A stretch of DNA of 63,586 nt, the filler included, from Octopus bimaculoides (Eukaryota): NCBI RefSeq assembly GCF_001194135.2. It is 3 parts of 2 records of this genome, joined end to end, with 100 filler letters (N's around TTAATTAATTAA, not from the genome) between each part and the next. Parts side by side here need not be neighbours in the genome. Positions count along the whole stretch, not along the records: positions 1 to 30,243 come from NC_069001.1; 2 more parts are not named here. One strand, given 5' to 3'. This document shows, piece after piece, positions 12,656-23,848 of this stretch. The notes below the pieces were generated by a model. The model did not search any database, had not been told where the DNA came from, and saw only the letters and a list, made by a program, of their open reading frames with translations. The translations under genes were made by a program, and so were the position numbers. The first letter of the stretch is position 1. Each line of letters starts with the position of its first letter.

Positions 12656-13574
12656 AAACTGATTCTGTGTCCAATTTTCGCTAATGGATTCCTCATCTAG
12701 TTGTTAAGCTAGCGAGAGAGAGAGACAAGAGAGGAAACGGCACTGAAAGGCGGATTCATGTTATATGCCGGCCGGTATCAACCAGTCAGAACAAAAAGTC
12801 TAAAATTCATGTCTTCTCATTTTCTCACTTGCTGCATTCTATTTATTTTCACTCGCAAGATTATTTTTTCTTAATTCGTTGTCATCCTTCTATATTTCTC
12901 TTTGTTGTTTCGGATTATATTGTAATATATTAAATTAATTTGTGTGTATATATCTATCAAACTCTAGCCCTCTCTGTCTTTCTCTCTCTCTCTCTTTATA
13001 TACATATATATATGTATACACACACACACGTTTGTGATAGAGCTGACGATATAATTATGTTAAATTTGAGATTGAGTGGGGGTAGAGGTGGATGATGATT
13101 AATAATAATGCCCTAAGGTCATTTTTATTTTATAATTATAAGTTAGGTGGGAAAAAATATTATTTTTCAGTGCACGTGTTGATCGAAATAGTTTTTTTAA
13201 ATTTTATTTTATCATTGACTTAGTTGTATAAAATCGGGTTTATTTATCTTGTTAAAATTTGATGTTGAGGATTATAATTTACGTTTATAAGAGAAATTAT
13301 TCATACATTAGGTCTATAAATATGTGTGTATACATCGATGTCACATACTGAAGTTTGATCTATATAGATAGATCCCATTTTTAAACAAATTATTTTGAAT
13401 TTCAACTCTTCTCAGCACAATGTGGCATCTTAAATGTACTTAATACTGTGCTTACTCAGTGCGGCTTTATATAGTCTAACGTTTTTTTGTTTTTTTTACC
13501 AAGTTTCCTGCGAGCAGTCAGTGTCCTTACCTTATTCTCAGGCCTCTTCCATCATGTACGCACGCGTGTGTGTA

Positions 13575-13623
<49 letters not shown>

Positions 13624-15401
13624 GAGAAAGGGTGACTGCACGTTAGTACTTTGTACAAAATTAAAATATATAGTGTGGTATTAAAGCCGAAACTTTATAA
13701 TCGCTTTTTAGGGAATAAAGCTGTTGGATTAAAAAACAAAATAGTTTTCTTTTTACATATTGATGCCTTTTGTCGAATGAATGAGCAATTACAATGATTT
13801 GTTGTAAAATGTGATGGAAGAGCGTGAGGATAGGAAATGAATGTACACACGATATACAGGTATAAGTATATAACTAAATATGGGGGAAATAATGATATTG
13901 TTTATTTAAAAGTGGAATTTGGCTTTTGTAGGGTTTTTGTTACGCCGAAAAGCGGGTGGTGTATGTATATTTTACCTCCGCCAGTCTTCCTTGCTTTCAA
14001 TATTATTGTGAAACTTGTTAGAACGTCGGTGGAAAAAATGCTTTGCGGCATTCGTTCTGGGTTCAAATAATACGGCCGAGATTAACTTTGTTTTTCATCC
14101 CTTTCGGTGTCGATGTAATCGACTAACCCCCTACCTATAAAAAAAATTTCAGGCTTTGTGTCTATAATGTATAGAATTATCATTGTCAGACTTAATGGAG
14201 TTCTCTGGTGGTGGTAGTGGGGTGCTTTGCGGCTTTAGTTCCTGCTTCTTGACGTTCTGAGTTCAAATCCTGCATACGTTGATTTGCCTTTCATCCCTCC
14301 CAGTGTCGTTAAAATATTACTATGTGGCGGGTTAAATGGCATCGACGAAACCCGCTTCCCCTCAAAATTGCTGGCCTGTGATTTACCTCTACTAGAAATA
14401 GTTATTTACAAATCCATTTCTGAAATATCAAACAAGCAAGCTAGCGGTCTCGAACACGTTTTCGCAAGTTTCTTTCATATTTGCAGCCTCTTATGTGCCT
14501 TGTATGCGCGTGCGCCAGTTTGTCTCCTTCCCCCTTCATCCTTCGATGCCTTCAAGATTTGTAATATTGAAATGTTTTGACTGTTCATTAGTGATTTGTT
14601 AGTCTCCATCGTCACATATATGTGTGTTCACATAGATGTGCGTGTGTGTATGTATATTCAACGATCTTGTAACTAACTGCTGGTTCGTTCGCGCTTGCTT
14701 TTCTTTCATCCCGCTCCCTGCTTTTTTTCCCTCCTAAAACGTGTAACATAATACAAGGCCCACAGGGGTTTAGCTAACAAACCGTTACCGAAATTTTTTT
14801 TGTTTTTTTAATTTTCCTATTATAACATATTTGCCCCTTCACCGACGACTTCTAAGTTTTTTTTTTAAACATTAAATCTCGCAACATTTTGACTAGGAAA
14901 CTATAAAATTAAAAGCAATTCAGAATTTGTTATTGTTTTTGCAGTGCCATATGTCAAGTAATTTAATCAAAGATAATCCCTAATTAGAAAGTTGCAGTGA
15001 ATCATTGTTTAATTCATGATAACTAGATTGAAAATATAAATAAACAGTATTGAGAACAAAAATTCTCTATTCTTGGTGGTTTTAAAAAAATTTTTTTTTT
15101 AACTGTGAATCTTGGATTTAAAGAAAAACCGCTTTAGATACAAAAGGTCAATGGCTGTCGAGCATTTATTAATTTTTTTTTCTTTTCTAGTACATAAATG
15201 CTTTTATAGTTTGAAATCCAGCAAGTGATTTGATAACGCGAAGGAAAGTCGTGGTTGCAATTTTGTAGTTTTAAGGATTTGTGTGTGTGTTTAAAAAATG
15301 CTATTTCACTTAGCATTGGCTTGGATTTTGGTGTATGTCCTGTAAGTGATCAGTCGTTATTGGTAAATTGACCGTGTAATCATGATTTCTTTATCGGATG
15401 T

Positions 15402-15850
15402 CATTATCATGTAACGTCCACTTTTTTTTTTTTCACGCCAGCAAAGGTCAGACGGAATTTTTTGAGACAGACTATTCCATGGCCAGATACCCTTTGTGTC
15501 GCCAACCCTCACCTGTTTCCAAGCAACGTAATATTTTTCAATAACTGGGCATGTTTCTCGTAAAAGACTAAATTAATCTCGCTTGCCTCACCATGATGTT
15601 TATTTACAAGCATCACGTGATGTCTAGAACAAAGGTGCGCGCGGTCAGCACGTGTGTGTGTGTGTGTGTGTATCGTCGTTTCAATTTCCACTTTACCACG
15701 CTTGCATGGGTCGGACGGAATTTATCGATTTTTCTACAGCCGGGTGCCCTCCCTGTTGCCAGCCCTTACTTGTTTCCAAGTAAGGTAATATTTCCTTATG
15801 CTCAGACAATATTGAAAACCAAGGACACGTTTTTGCATGACAGTGACAGT
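15402..15850 (-). mobile_element. Two inverted copies of the RTE-tailed short element
   Basis: ACCTGTTTCCAAG / ACTTGTTTCCAAGTAAGGTAATATT and CTTGCATGGGTCGGACGGAATTT are reverse complements of the 735-905 element. Confidence 0.7.
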
Positions 15851-17693
15851 ACATATATGCATATTTAACAGGCTTCTTTCAGTTTATCCACTAAATCCAC
15901 TCACAGGGCTACAGTAGAAGGCACCCACCTTAGGTGCCACATAGACATACACACACGATGAGCTTCTTTCAGTTTCCGTTCACTAAGTCCACTCCTTAGG
16001 ATTTCGTCAGGCTGAGACTATAGATGACACTTGCCCAAGGTTCCCAAGACCGCAAGGTTGGGAATCAAGCTGTTTAACCATACAGCCAAGTCTGTAATTT
16101 TTCTGTTACTACTGTTGATATATTGCTTTCTATGTGGTTTTTAGTGAAGATATAATTTCTGCAGCTCACCACAGTATGTCGTTTCTCGTGCAAGGTTGTT
16201 TGATTCATATTTTAATTGTTACTAAAATTGGGACCTCTTGTCATTCAGGTGCTAAGAGGAACAAGTTGCATTAAGTGTCCTGCCTTCAGTTTTGGAGAAA
16301 CTCTGAGTTACGTAATTGATTTTTGGTTGAGTGATGTAAGGTCCTGCTGGTTTGTCATGACAATTCTATCATAAAGGGCAAATAATTTCTGTTCTTCCAT
16401 TGTGATCACTTACAACCTTTATTCTTAGCTATGCTTTATGGTCAAAATATAATTGAATGACCTTAGTCTGTGATAGCTACCGTAGCATACAATAACTTGT
16501 AACCTACAATAATTTTGGAGTATTTGTATTTTCGACTTCTAAAGTCGGAATGAATTCACTAGGACATGAAATGGTTACTTTCTTGAATAATAAATCTCAG
16601 TGTGTATGTTTTAGTATATGGTAAACCTATGATGCATGTTAGCAGTGGCGTGCAATGGACTAGAAGCAACATTACCTTGCTTGGTGACTAGAAGGGCATC
16701 CAGCCATAAAAGAATCCAACCATTCGTTGCCGGTTGAACGCCTATTGTGCAACAACCGACTGCACGTGGAGAGGAGCCAGGAAGCAACACCATGTTAAAG
16801 CTTATCTTCAAGCATTTATCTAAAATTAAAAGACTTAACCGTTTAGCATTTAAATTAACTATATCTAGCCAAGTCTGACCTCTCACACCTTCCCTACAAT
16901 GTCAGTCAAAAATTAAACAATCACATCGTTAAAATCTTGAAGCCACAACATAATGCATGATTAATTCAAAACAATGTGAATAAATAAGTATTACATTCAA
17001 CAGGTACTAAAAGCTAGTGTATTTGATGGCCTATAAGACGCAACTTTTTTACCCATAAAATCCCCTTATGTCCAGTGCACTCAGTGTATGCGCTCAAAAC
17101 ATATGCTACCATCTATTGGTGAACAATCGCCTATGGTATGTTTATATCGAATGTGGATGCAATAAATTGCTTGTAATTACTGGTAATAACAAAGTTATAC
17201 AGGTAAATGAAGGAATTAAAACATTATTTTAGTGCATCTTATAGGCCATCAAATACAGTACTTATTTTATATCCTCATAGACCTCCAATTCCTTGTTTGC
17301 ATTTAATGTTCCTCTGTTTGTCATTTGGGATGTGATTTAAAAGCAAAATGGGTGAAGTCTTACTGATTGTTAAAATTATCTTATTGAACTGGATTTTAGC
17401 CTTCCTATGCAGAGCCAATTGTTTGTTGGGTTTATAGTAGTAGTAATCATGATAACCAACTTGAAAGATTGTTGGTTCTAGTCTTGCTGCTGTGTTGTGT
17501 GTTTGTCCAAGGTAAATCTCACATCTTGCGATTCACTTAGATATTGTTGGGTAGTGTTAATTTGTTACTACATGCAACAGCAATGTAATTTTTGTATCTT
17601 CCCTGGTACCAGCTGTAAAGGACTGACGTCCTAACTTATTTAGTGTCCTCTCCATAAAACTATAGAGATTAAACACTGATTCATGATATAGAT

Positions 17694-18050
17694 GCAGGCG
17701 TGACTGTGTGGTAAGAAGCTTGCTTCCCAACCACATGGTTCTGGGCTTGGTCTCTCTCTGCATGGCACCTTCAGCAAGTGTTCTCTACTGTAGCCTTGGG
17801 CCGACCAATACCTCGTGAGTCAATTTGGTAGGTGGAAACTGAAAAACTTGTATGTGTATGCCTTTGTGTCTATGTCCCACCACTACCACCACATCTTGGT
17901 AGTTTGGCAAGAGTTCAATAGAATAAGTAACAAGCTTGAAGAGGGGGGGGAATTAAAATTAGTACTGGGGTCGATTCATTCAACTACGAATTCTTCAAGG
18001 CGGTGCCCCAGCATGACCGTAGTCTAATGACTGAAACAAGTAAAGCATCA
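17694..18050 (+). mobile_element. tRNA-derived SINE family A copy
   Basis: GCAGGCGTGACTGTGTGGTAAGAAGCTTGCTTCCC ... CAGCATGACCGTAGTCTAATGACTGAAACAAGTAAA. Confidence 0.85.
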
Positions 18051-20357
18051 AAAATATAACACATGGAAAGATTAAATATCTTCCCAAGTTCGTGACCTTA
18101 ACGTATAACCAGTCTGTCTACGAAGGGAGAGAACTCTAGAAGGTTGCAGCTTGAGAGAATATCGATTTTGAAACGTGTAAGAAAAAAATATCAATGTATT
18201 TTGTTTGAGTTGATAATGTAGCTTTCTAGCTCAAAGGAGCAGACTCTGTTCTGGTAGTGATAGAAGGGGCAGTTTTCATTGTCAGGTTTTTTTTAAATAT
18301 ACTCTTGAATATATGTGCATATAGCAGCAGTGCACCTTGTCTCATTTTTCTATGCCAAGTTCACATAATGATAATTCATTCCAAGTTATATGTTCTGATC
18401 AATCTCAGGATGGAATTTGCATTTGATGGACCAGTGTAAGGTGTCTACAGCTTTTATTTTATCACTTGTGTCCATTAGGTTATATTGTAAGGTGACATAG
18501 CTCCACAACCTGAAACTACAGAATCCTTCTATCAGTATTAGTTGACCGAATATTCCCCAAGTATAGCTTTATGAAAGACGAACTCTCGGGCTCGGCTATT
18601 TCCTGGAGATATAACTAAGACAAGGTGCAGGCATGGCTGCATAGTTAAGAGAAGTTGCTTTGGTACCATGTGGTTAGGGGTTCAGTCCCTCGGCATAGCC
18701 ACTGTTTGTGACCAATATCTTGTGAATGAAATTGATAGACAGAAACTGAAGTCCATCGTCATATTCTGTACATGAGAGTTGATGTTGCTCTCATCTTCAA
18801 ATGTGTGTGTATGTACATTCTCTGACTGTAAATAAGAGAGCCTCAATTCATACTGTTTTGTTTCCAGTCATTTTCAAAAGCATGTCTTGACTATTTATCT
18901 TCGTTTTTGCAGATGTTGGAAAGTAAATGTTCAATCAATGTTGAGAACAGTCTCATTTTGTTTGAGTATGTTCCCTTCTTTATAAGAAATGAATACACTT
19001 TCTTATAGTTATTGTGGCAATGAACCATTGAATGATATTTTGTATTATTCAACTTCAGCAAATCAGAATTATGGCTAGAAATAGTCAAATCAGTCCCTAA
19101 AACTTCGGAGAGAATAAACAAAGACGGCTTGAATACCTTTATTCATAGGGCTGGATTTAACCCTTTGTCAAATGTTATACTTATATGTTCATATTTTATA
19201 AAATTAATCCTGTATTATCTTGTAGCTTTGAGGTTTTGAAGATGTGATTGTTTATTTTTAGAATGACATTGCAGGGTAGGTGTGAGAGGCTGGATCTGGT
19301 TAGTTTGAACATGAAACAGGTAGAATATTGGGCTGGTTTAAATGCTAAAGCATTAAACATCAACACCTGTAATGTTTGACTTTTGTACCATCAATACTAT
19401 CAATGAAATATTAATTTCATTGATAGTATTTCTGAATATATTTGCATACTGGCGTCGATTTAATCTACCCTCCTCCAAAATTTCGGGCCTTGTGCCTAGA
19501 GTAGAAAAGCTATCAACTCGTTTTATATTTTTCATTTACCTGGCAAGTCAGACTGGCTTTGTGTGTGGAAATCTACACTGATACATCATCAGACTCAACT
19601 AGATGAGAGTAAATTACATTGATGAAGTCAAGATGACGAAAATATGCCAAATTCTCCTCTACCTGCAGGGAGGGACCACTATTTCCCTCCCTGCAAATTA
19701 ACTGAGAAATTAATTACCTGAAATTATCTCCCCTGCTCTTCGATAGTTTCTAATCATTGCCAAGCAATTCTTTCTTACTCAGAGTGAAATTTCTAAGAAT
19801 TATCATGAAAGTTTTGTATTGTTTGTTTGTAAAATATCAAAATATAGGGAAAATGTAAATATTAAAAATCATGTAGTGTTTGTCAGTAGAGATTAACAGT
19901 CCACCTTCTCAAAGAAAATATCCATTTTGAAATATTTGAACTACAAGTACTAATCAGGACCATTAATAATTACAGGGCCAGAAGGCAGTTATTTCAATCC
20001 TAATGCTGACATGCTTATTTTAAACTGTGGTGAATGACCAAGAAATTAAGTTGGTCAGTAGCACAAGAAAAAAACTATTTTATTTATTTACATCTTTATA
20101 ATCATTCTGTTTTACTATCAGCAATAAGTTATTGCTGCTGTTAATTCATTAAAATTATTAAGCTGCTGCTAAGTAGGTGGTTGCCTTTCTTGTATTTCTA
20201 TTTTTGTCATCATCACTTGTATGTAGTTATCTTACTCTTGCTAGTAAATACATTCAGTTTACTGTCAAATGTTATACTTATTTTTATTTATTCAAGTTGG
20301 TTTGAATTATGTATAGCTTCAATGATGTGATTATTTTTATTCTCTGGTCTTATCCAG

Positions 20358-20472
20358 AGTACAGCATCAGTGAAAGGAAACCCAGTCAGTTTTGTGTGAG
20401 TCTAGGTCTTTGACATGTCTCATTTATAGCAGATATATGTCCATTTGCTTATTTTCTGGTCTACATGATTTG
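20358..20472 (+). other. Candidate 5' UTR exon of paralog A
   Basis: Pyrimidine-rich acceptor TTATTTTTATTCTCTGGTCTTATCCAG ending at 20357 and a donor TTG|GTAAGT at 20473. No transcript evidence. Confidence 0.35.
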
Positions 20473-20618
20473 GTAAGTGGCCCACATAAACATTGGTCCC
20501 CTTCACTGGGCCTAGCAAGAGCCATCACTTTGATTCTCTTTCTCTCAGTATGAAGTTCATTTAAAGTTTGTTCTGCTCTTACTGCTGAGTGTTTGTAATC
20601 AACAAATCCAAATCCATA
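20465..20618 (-). pseudogene. Inverted partial copy of paralog A CDS (RRM1 RNP1 to RRM2 RNP2)
   Basis: By manual alignment the reverse complement matches 21768-21935 with 13 mismatches over 151 aligned nt, deletions of 6 and 11 nt and a 3-nt insertion. Confidence 0.93.
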
Positions 20619-21504
20619 CCTGCAACCTGGTGAATTCTGGGCTTGTACGTGAACAGTTCATCAGGATTCCCTTGCATCTCAAAATGTGGCTGATGCTGCT
20701 CATCGGTACCTTATGAAAATAGTTGCTCCACTCCCCTTATCTTAGACTTCTGAAAAGGTTCCATGTAGACTTCGTGGTATTAGATGTGGATGGCTTTGCC
20801 TGTATCTTTATCTTGGATTCAACTGCTTTTTTAATCAAGTTTTGTATATTAGCCCCACTTTTGTTACAGGCTTGTCTTGAACTGTTCTAGATTAAAAAGT
20901 TGTTTCAATTTACATTCCAAATACTTACTAATGATTAAGTTATTTTACTAAATTCTACCGAAGTTTCAAAATGGACTGGAACAAAAGCAGTGTATTTCCA
21001 CATAAGTGATAATTAAAGAATCCAATAAATCTTTTTATTGGAATTGAACTTGAAACCCGAGCAAAAGTAAAAAGAATCTAATATTTACTCTCTTGACAGT
21101 ATATTATTAGCATGTCTGATTTAGAACTCCTTTATACATACAATTACCATTAGAACCTAATTCAAAACTAAACACCCATCCTCTCCTAATGAGTTTTCTG
21201 ATATTAAGTTGTTGTTTTTTTTTTGTTATAGATTTACTTGATGTCTACATTCACAAGCACTCTCATCACAAATTCTGACAGAATATTCTTACATAGTTTA
21301 TAAATATATTTAAAAAAAAAAAATCCGTATTAATGTCTTAACACTGCTTCTGGAGTTTATGCAGTTACATCAGTAGTGAGTATTGAACTACACACATGAA
21401 AACGTGGTTTTTATTGCAACTGCGAAAAATAATTACCTACATCAATGAAGTTTATGTTTGTTTTGTTGTTTTGTTTTTTAATCTGTGATTGGATAATAGT
21501 CCAA

Positions 21505-21531
21505 TTAACTTTTCTTCTTTTACTTTTCTAG
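21505..21531 (+). promoter_or_regulatory. Splice acceptor of the paralog A coding exon
   Basis: TTAACTTTTCTTCTTTTACTTTTCTAG|G: long pyrimidine tract plus YAG|G, 71 nt before the ATG. Confidence 0.75.
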
Positions 21532-21579
21532 GGAGAAAAGCCCTGTGCAACTGTTAGCAATCACTGTGTTGGAGCTGTT

Positions 21580-21645
21580 ATGACAGACAAGGGACTGTTG
21601 CCATGGCAACAGAAGATCACTGTGAAGATAATGGTGGGAATCTAA
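21580..21645 (+). promoter_or_regulatory. Out-of-frame uORF overlapping the start of paralog A (MTDKGLLPWQQKITVKIMVGI*)
   Basis: ATG 23 nt upstream of the main ATG and downstream of the acceptor at 21531; stop TAA at 21643-21645. Confidence 0.5.
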
Positions 21646-22559
21646 CCAACTTAATAGTGAATTATATCCCACAAAGTCTTTCCAATGAAGAATTCCGAGC
21701 CATGTTCCTGACCATTGGTCCAATTAAGTCATCAAAAATAATTCAAGACAGGGCAACAGGATACAGCTATGGATTTGGATTTGTTGATTACGAACACCCA
21801 GAAGATGCTGCAAGAGCAGTTCAAACTTTAAATGGACTTCATATTGAGAACAAAAGAATCAAAGTGGCTCTTGCTAGGCCCAGTGGACTTGGAGTGAAGG
21901 GGGCCAATGTTTATGTGAGCCACTTACCAAATCATTATGCTCAGAGCGACCTTGTTAAGCTCTTTGAACCTTATGGTATTATCATCCGTTCCAGAATAAT
22001 GACTCATCCTAACACTAACCAATCTAAGGGAGTAGGCTTTGTTTTGTATGATCAGAAAAAAATGGCAGAAGCTGCCATTGCTGACTTGAATCAAACTATA
22101 CCTCCAGGTGGTAGTGAGCCAATAATAGTAAAATTTGCTAATGAAGCTCCCAATTCTAAAAAAACTCGCCCTCCACATGAACAATACATGAACAATAATA
22201 ACAGCATACAACAAACTTTCTCCACGCCTATGCTCATGCGTAATGAACGATTTACAAGTCCGGTGCCTGTCAATTACTCTCCTAACAACCCCAACCCTAA
22301 CCCAAATAATGACATGTCTAACAGTCCAGTGTTGTTTATCTACAACACTGGCAATATGGATGAATCTGACCTGGGCCAGCTTTTCTGCGGCTTTGGTACT
22401 GTGCAAAAGGCCAATATTGTGCGTGTACATCAGAAGACAAAAGGTTATGGCTTTGTCACGATGGCTAACCAACACGAAGCAGAAAATGCTGTCGGCAGGC
22501 TCAATGGATACCGCTATCGCGGTTGGGGACCTCTCCAAGTCTCTTTTAAAAACAAATAA
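21603..22559 (+). CDS. ELAV/Hu/Sex-lethal family RNA-binding protein with three RRMs (divergent paralog A), intron-free CDS, 318 aa
   Basis: RRM1 TNLIVNYIPQ...GYSYGFGFVDY, RRM2 NVYVSHLP...KGVGFV, hinge, RRM3 LFIYN...KGYGFVTM...LNGY...LQVSFK. Strong start context GCCATGG, in-frame TAG upstream at 21555-21557, and a splice acceptor TTTTCTAG ending at 21531. Confidence 0.95.
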   Translation: MATEDHCEDNGGNLTNLIVNYIPQSLSNEEFRAMFLTIGPIKSSKIIQDRATGYSYGFGFVDYEHPEDAARAVQTLNGLHIENKRIKVALARPSGLGVKGANVYVSHLPNHYAQSDLVKLFEPYGIIIRSRIMTHPNTNQSKGVGFVLYDQKKMAEAAIADLNQTIPPGGSEPIIVKFANEAPNSKKTRPPHEQYMNNNNSIQQTFSTPMLMRNERFTSPVPVNYSPNNPNPNPNNDMSNSPVLFIYNTGNMDESDLGQLFCGFGTVQKANIVRVHQKTKGYGFVTMANQHEAENAVGRLNGYRYRGWGPLQVSFKNK

Positions 22560-23329
22560 TTTACTTGAGTCTTATGGGTTATTTTCATTTACACCCCCCC
22601 TCTTTTTTTTATTTTTTACTTTTTTAGTTAAAAATATCTATACTCTTATTTTGTTTTACTATTAATTTACTTTTCGGCTTCTTTACTGTGGAATTTAAAA
22701 AACAAAAAGTGGCAATTGAAGCTGCTACCAACTGTGTATCACTTTGGAGGTGATTTCTCCTCCCCTTCCCTCTCAAAGGTTACAAAGTTATCAGTAATTT
22801 TAAGAAATGGCAGCTTCCCTTTCTTTTAACTTTATTATTACATATTGTTCTTAAGCTAATTAGTGGCAATACAATAGTTGTTGCATTTTCTTTTATTATG
22901 ATTATTATTATTTCTTTATAGTTACCTTGACTTATTTTCAAAAGAACTTAAAAAATGGTAACATCTTGTATTGATAGATGTGTGTTTAAAAAAAAAAAAG
23001 CAAAAACAAAAACTGATACTAAGGGATTAGCATGTTTTGTGGCTTCAATACACAAACGCAGCAGTTTGACAAAAAAAAAAACAAAAAAATAGCACCCCTA
23101 ATGTAATTTCATTTCACCTCCCCCTTTTTGTTTTTAATTTATTGAATTTTTAAATTTATTTTTATACGTTTTCCTCCCAAAAACCTTTTTTCTCCCCTTC
23201 CTCTCTCTCTCTCTCTTTTTAGTAAGAACGCAAGCATTCTTGCAAATGTCCATATTAAGGCAGAAAATATTGGTTTGACTGGTCCACTATTCATTATTCA
23301 ATTATGTTAGGTGTCTTCATGAATGTATG

Positions 23330-23610
23330 AATAAAAAAAGCAAAAACAACAAAAACATCTCAGATCATTCCTTGTAATATTTTCTAATAAATAAATTCTG
23401 CTGGCTGTAATGCTGCCACAAAAATTGTTTTGCTCCAGTGCTTCTCTCCTCCCTCCCTCACCACATTGCTAAGGCAATCATGACTTTGAATTATATATTT
23501 CCCTTCCCTCTTTTTCTTCTCCATTTCAGTTCCTGAAATCATTTGAAGAATCTTATAAAGAACTGTCTTGGTACAATAAATATATTGACTCAAGCTGACT
23601 TGGTGTGTTC
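23330..23610 (+). terminator. Cluster of candidate polyadenylation signals for paralog A
   Basis: AATAAA at 23330, 23386/23390 and 23575. TGTA precedes the first; a GT-rich TTGGTGTGTT follows the last. Confidence 0.5.
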
Positions 23611-23842
23611 CTTCACCTCATCTGATATATATATGTGTGTATATATCTAAATGTAAGAATAAGCCAGATGTTGATAAAGTTGAAACTGGAATCTGTAACT
23701 TAAATTCAAAATTAGCTCTTCAAATGCGAAGTCTCTGGGTTAACTCTCCGTGCTGAAGCATGCCTTCAGAATATAAAACAAGTGAATTAATAAGTAAAAA
23801 CCCATTAAACTTTCAAATAGCACAAATCAAAATGGTGCTTAC

Positions 23843-23848
23843 TTTATT
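23843..23848 (-). terminator. Candidate distal polyadenylation signal for paralog B
   Basis: AATAAA on the minus strand followed by U/GU-rich sequence. It would give a 3' UTR of about 4.2 kb. Other minus-strand AATAAA occur closer to the stop codon. Confidence 0.3.

Noticed and set aside
21924-22538. 204-aa ORF antisense to paralog A
   Set aside because: A shadow frame of a real CDS, with no recognisable motif.
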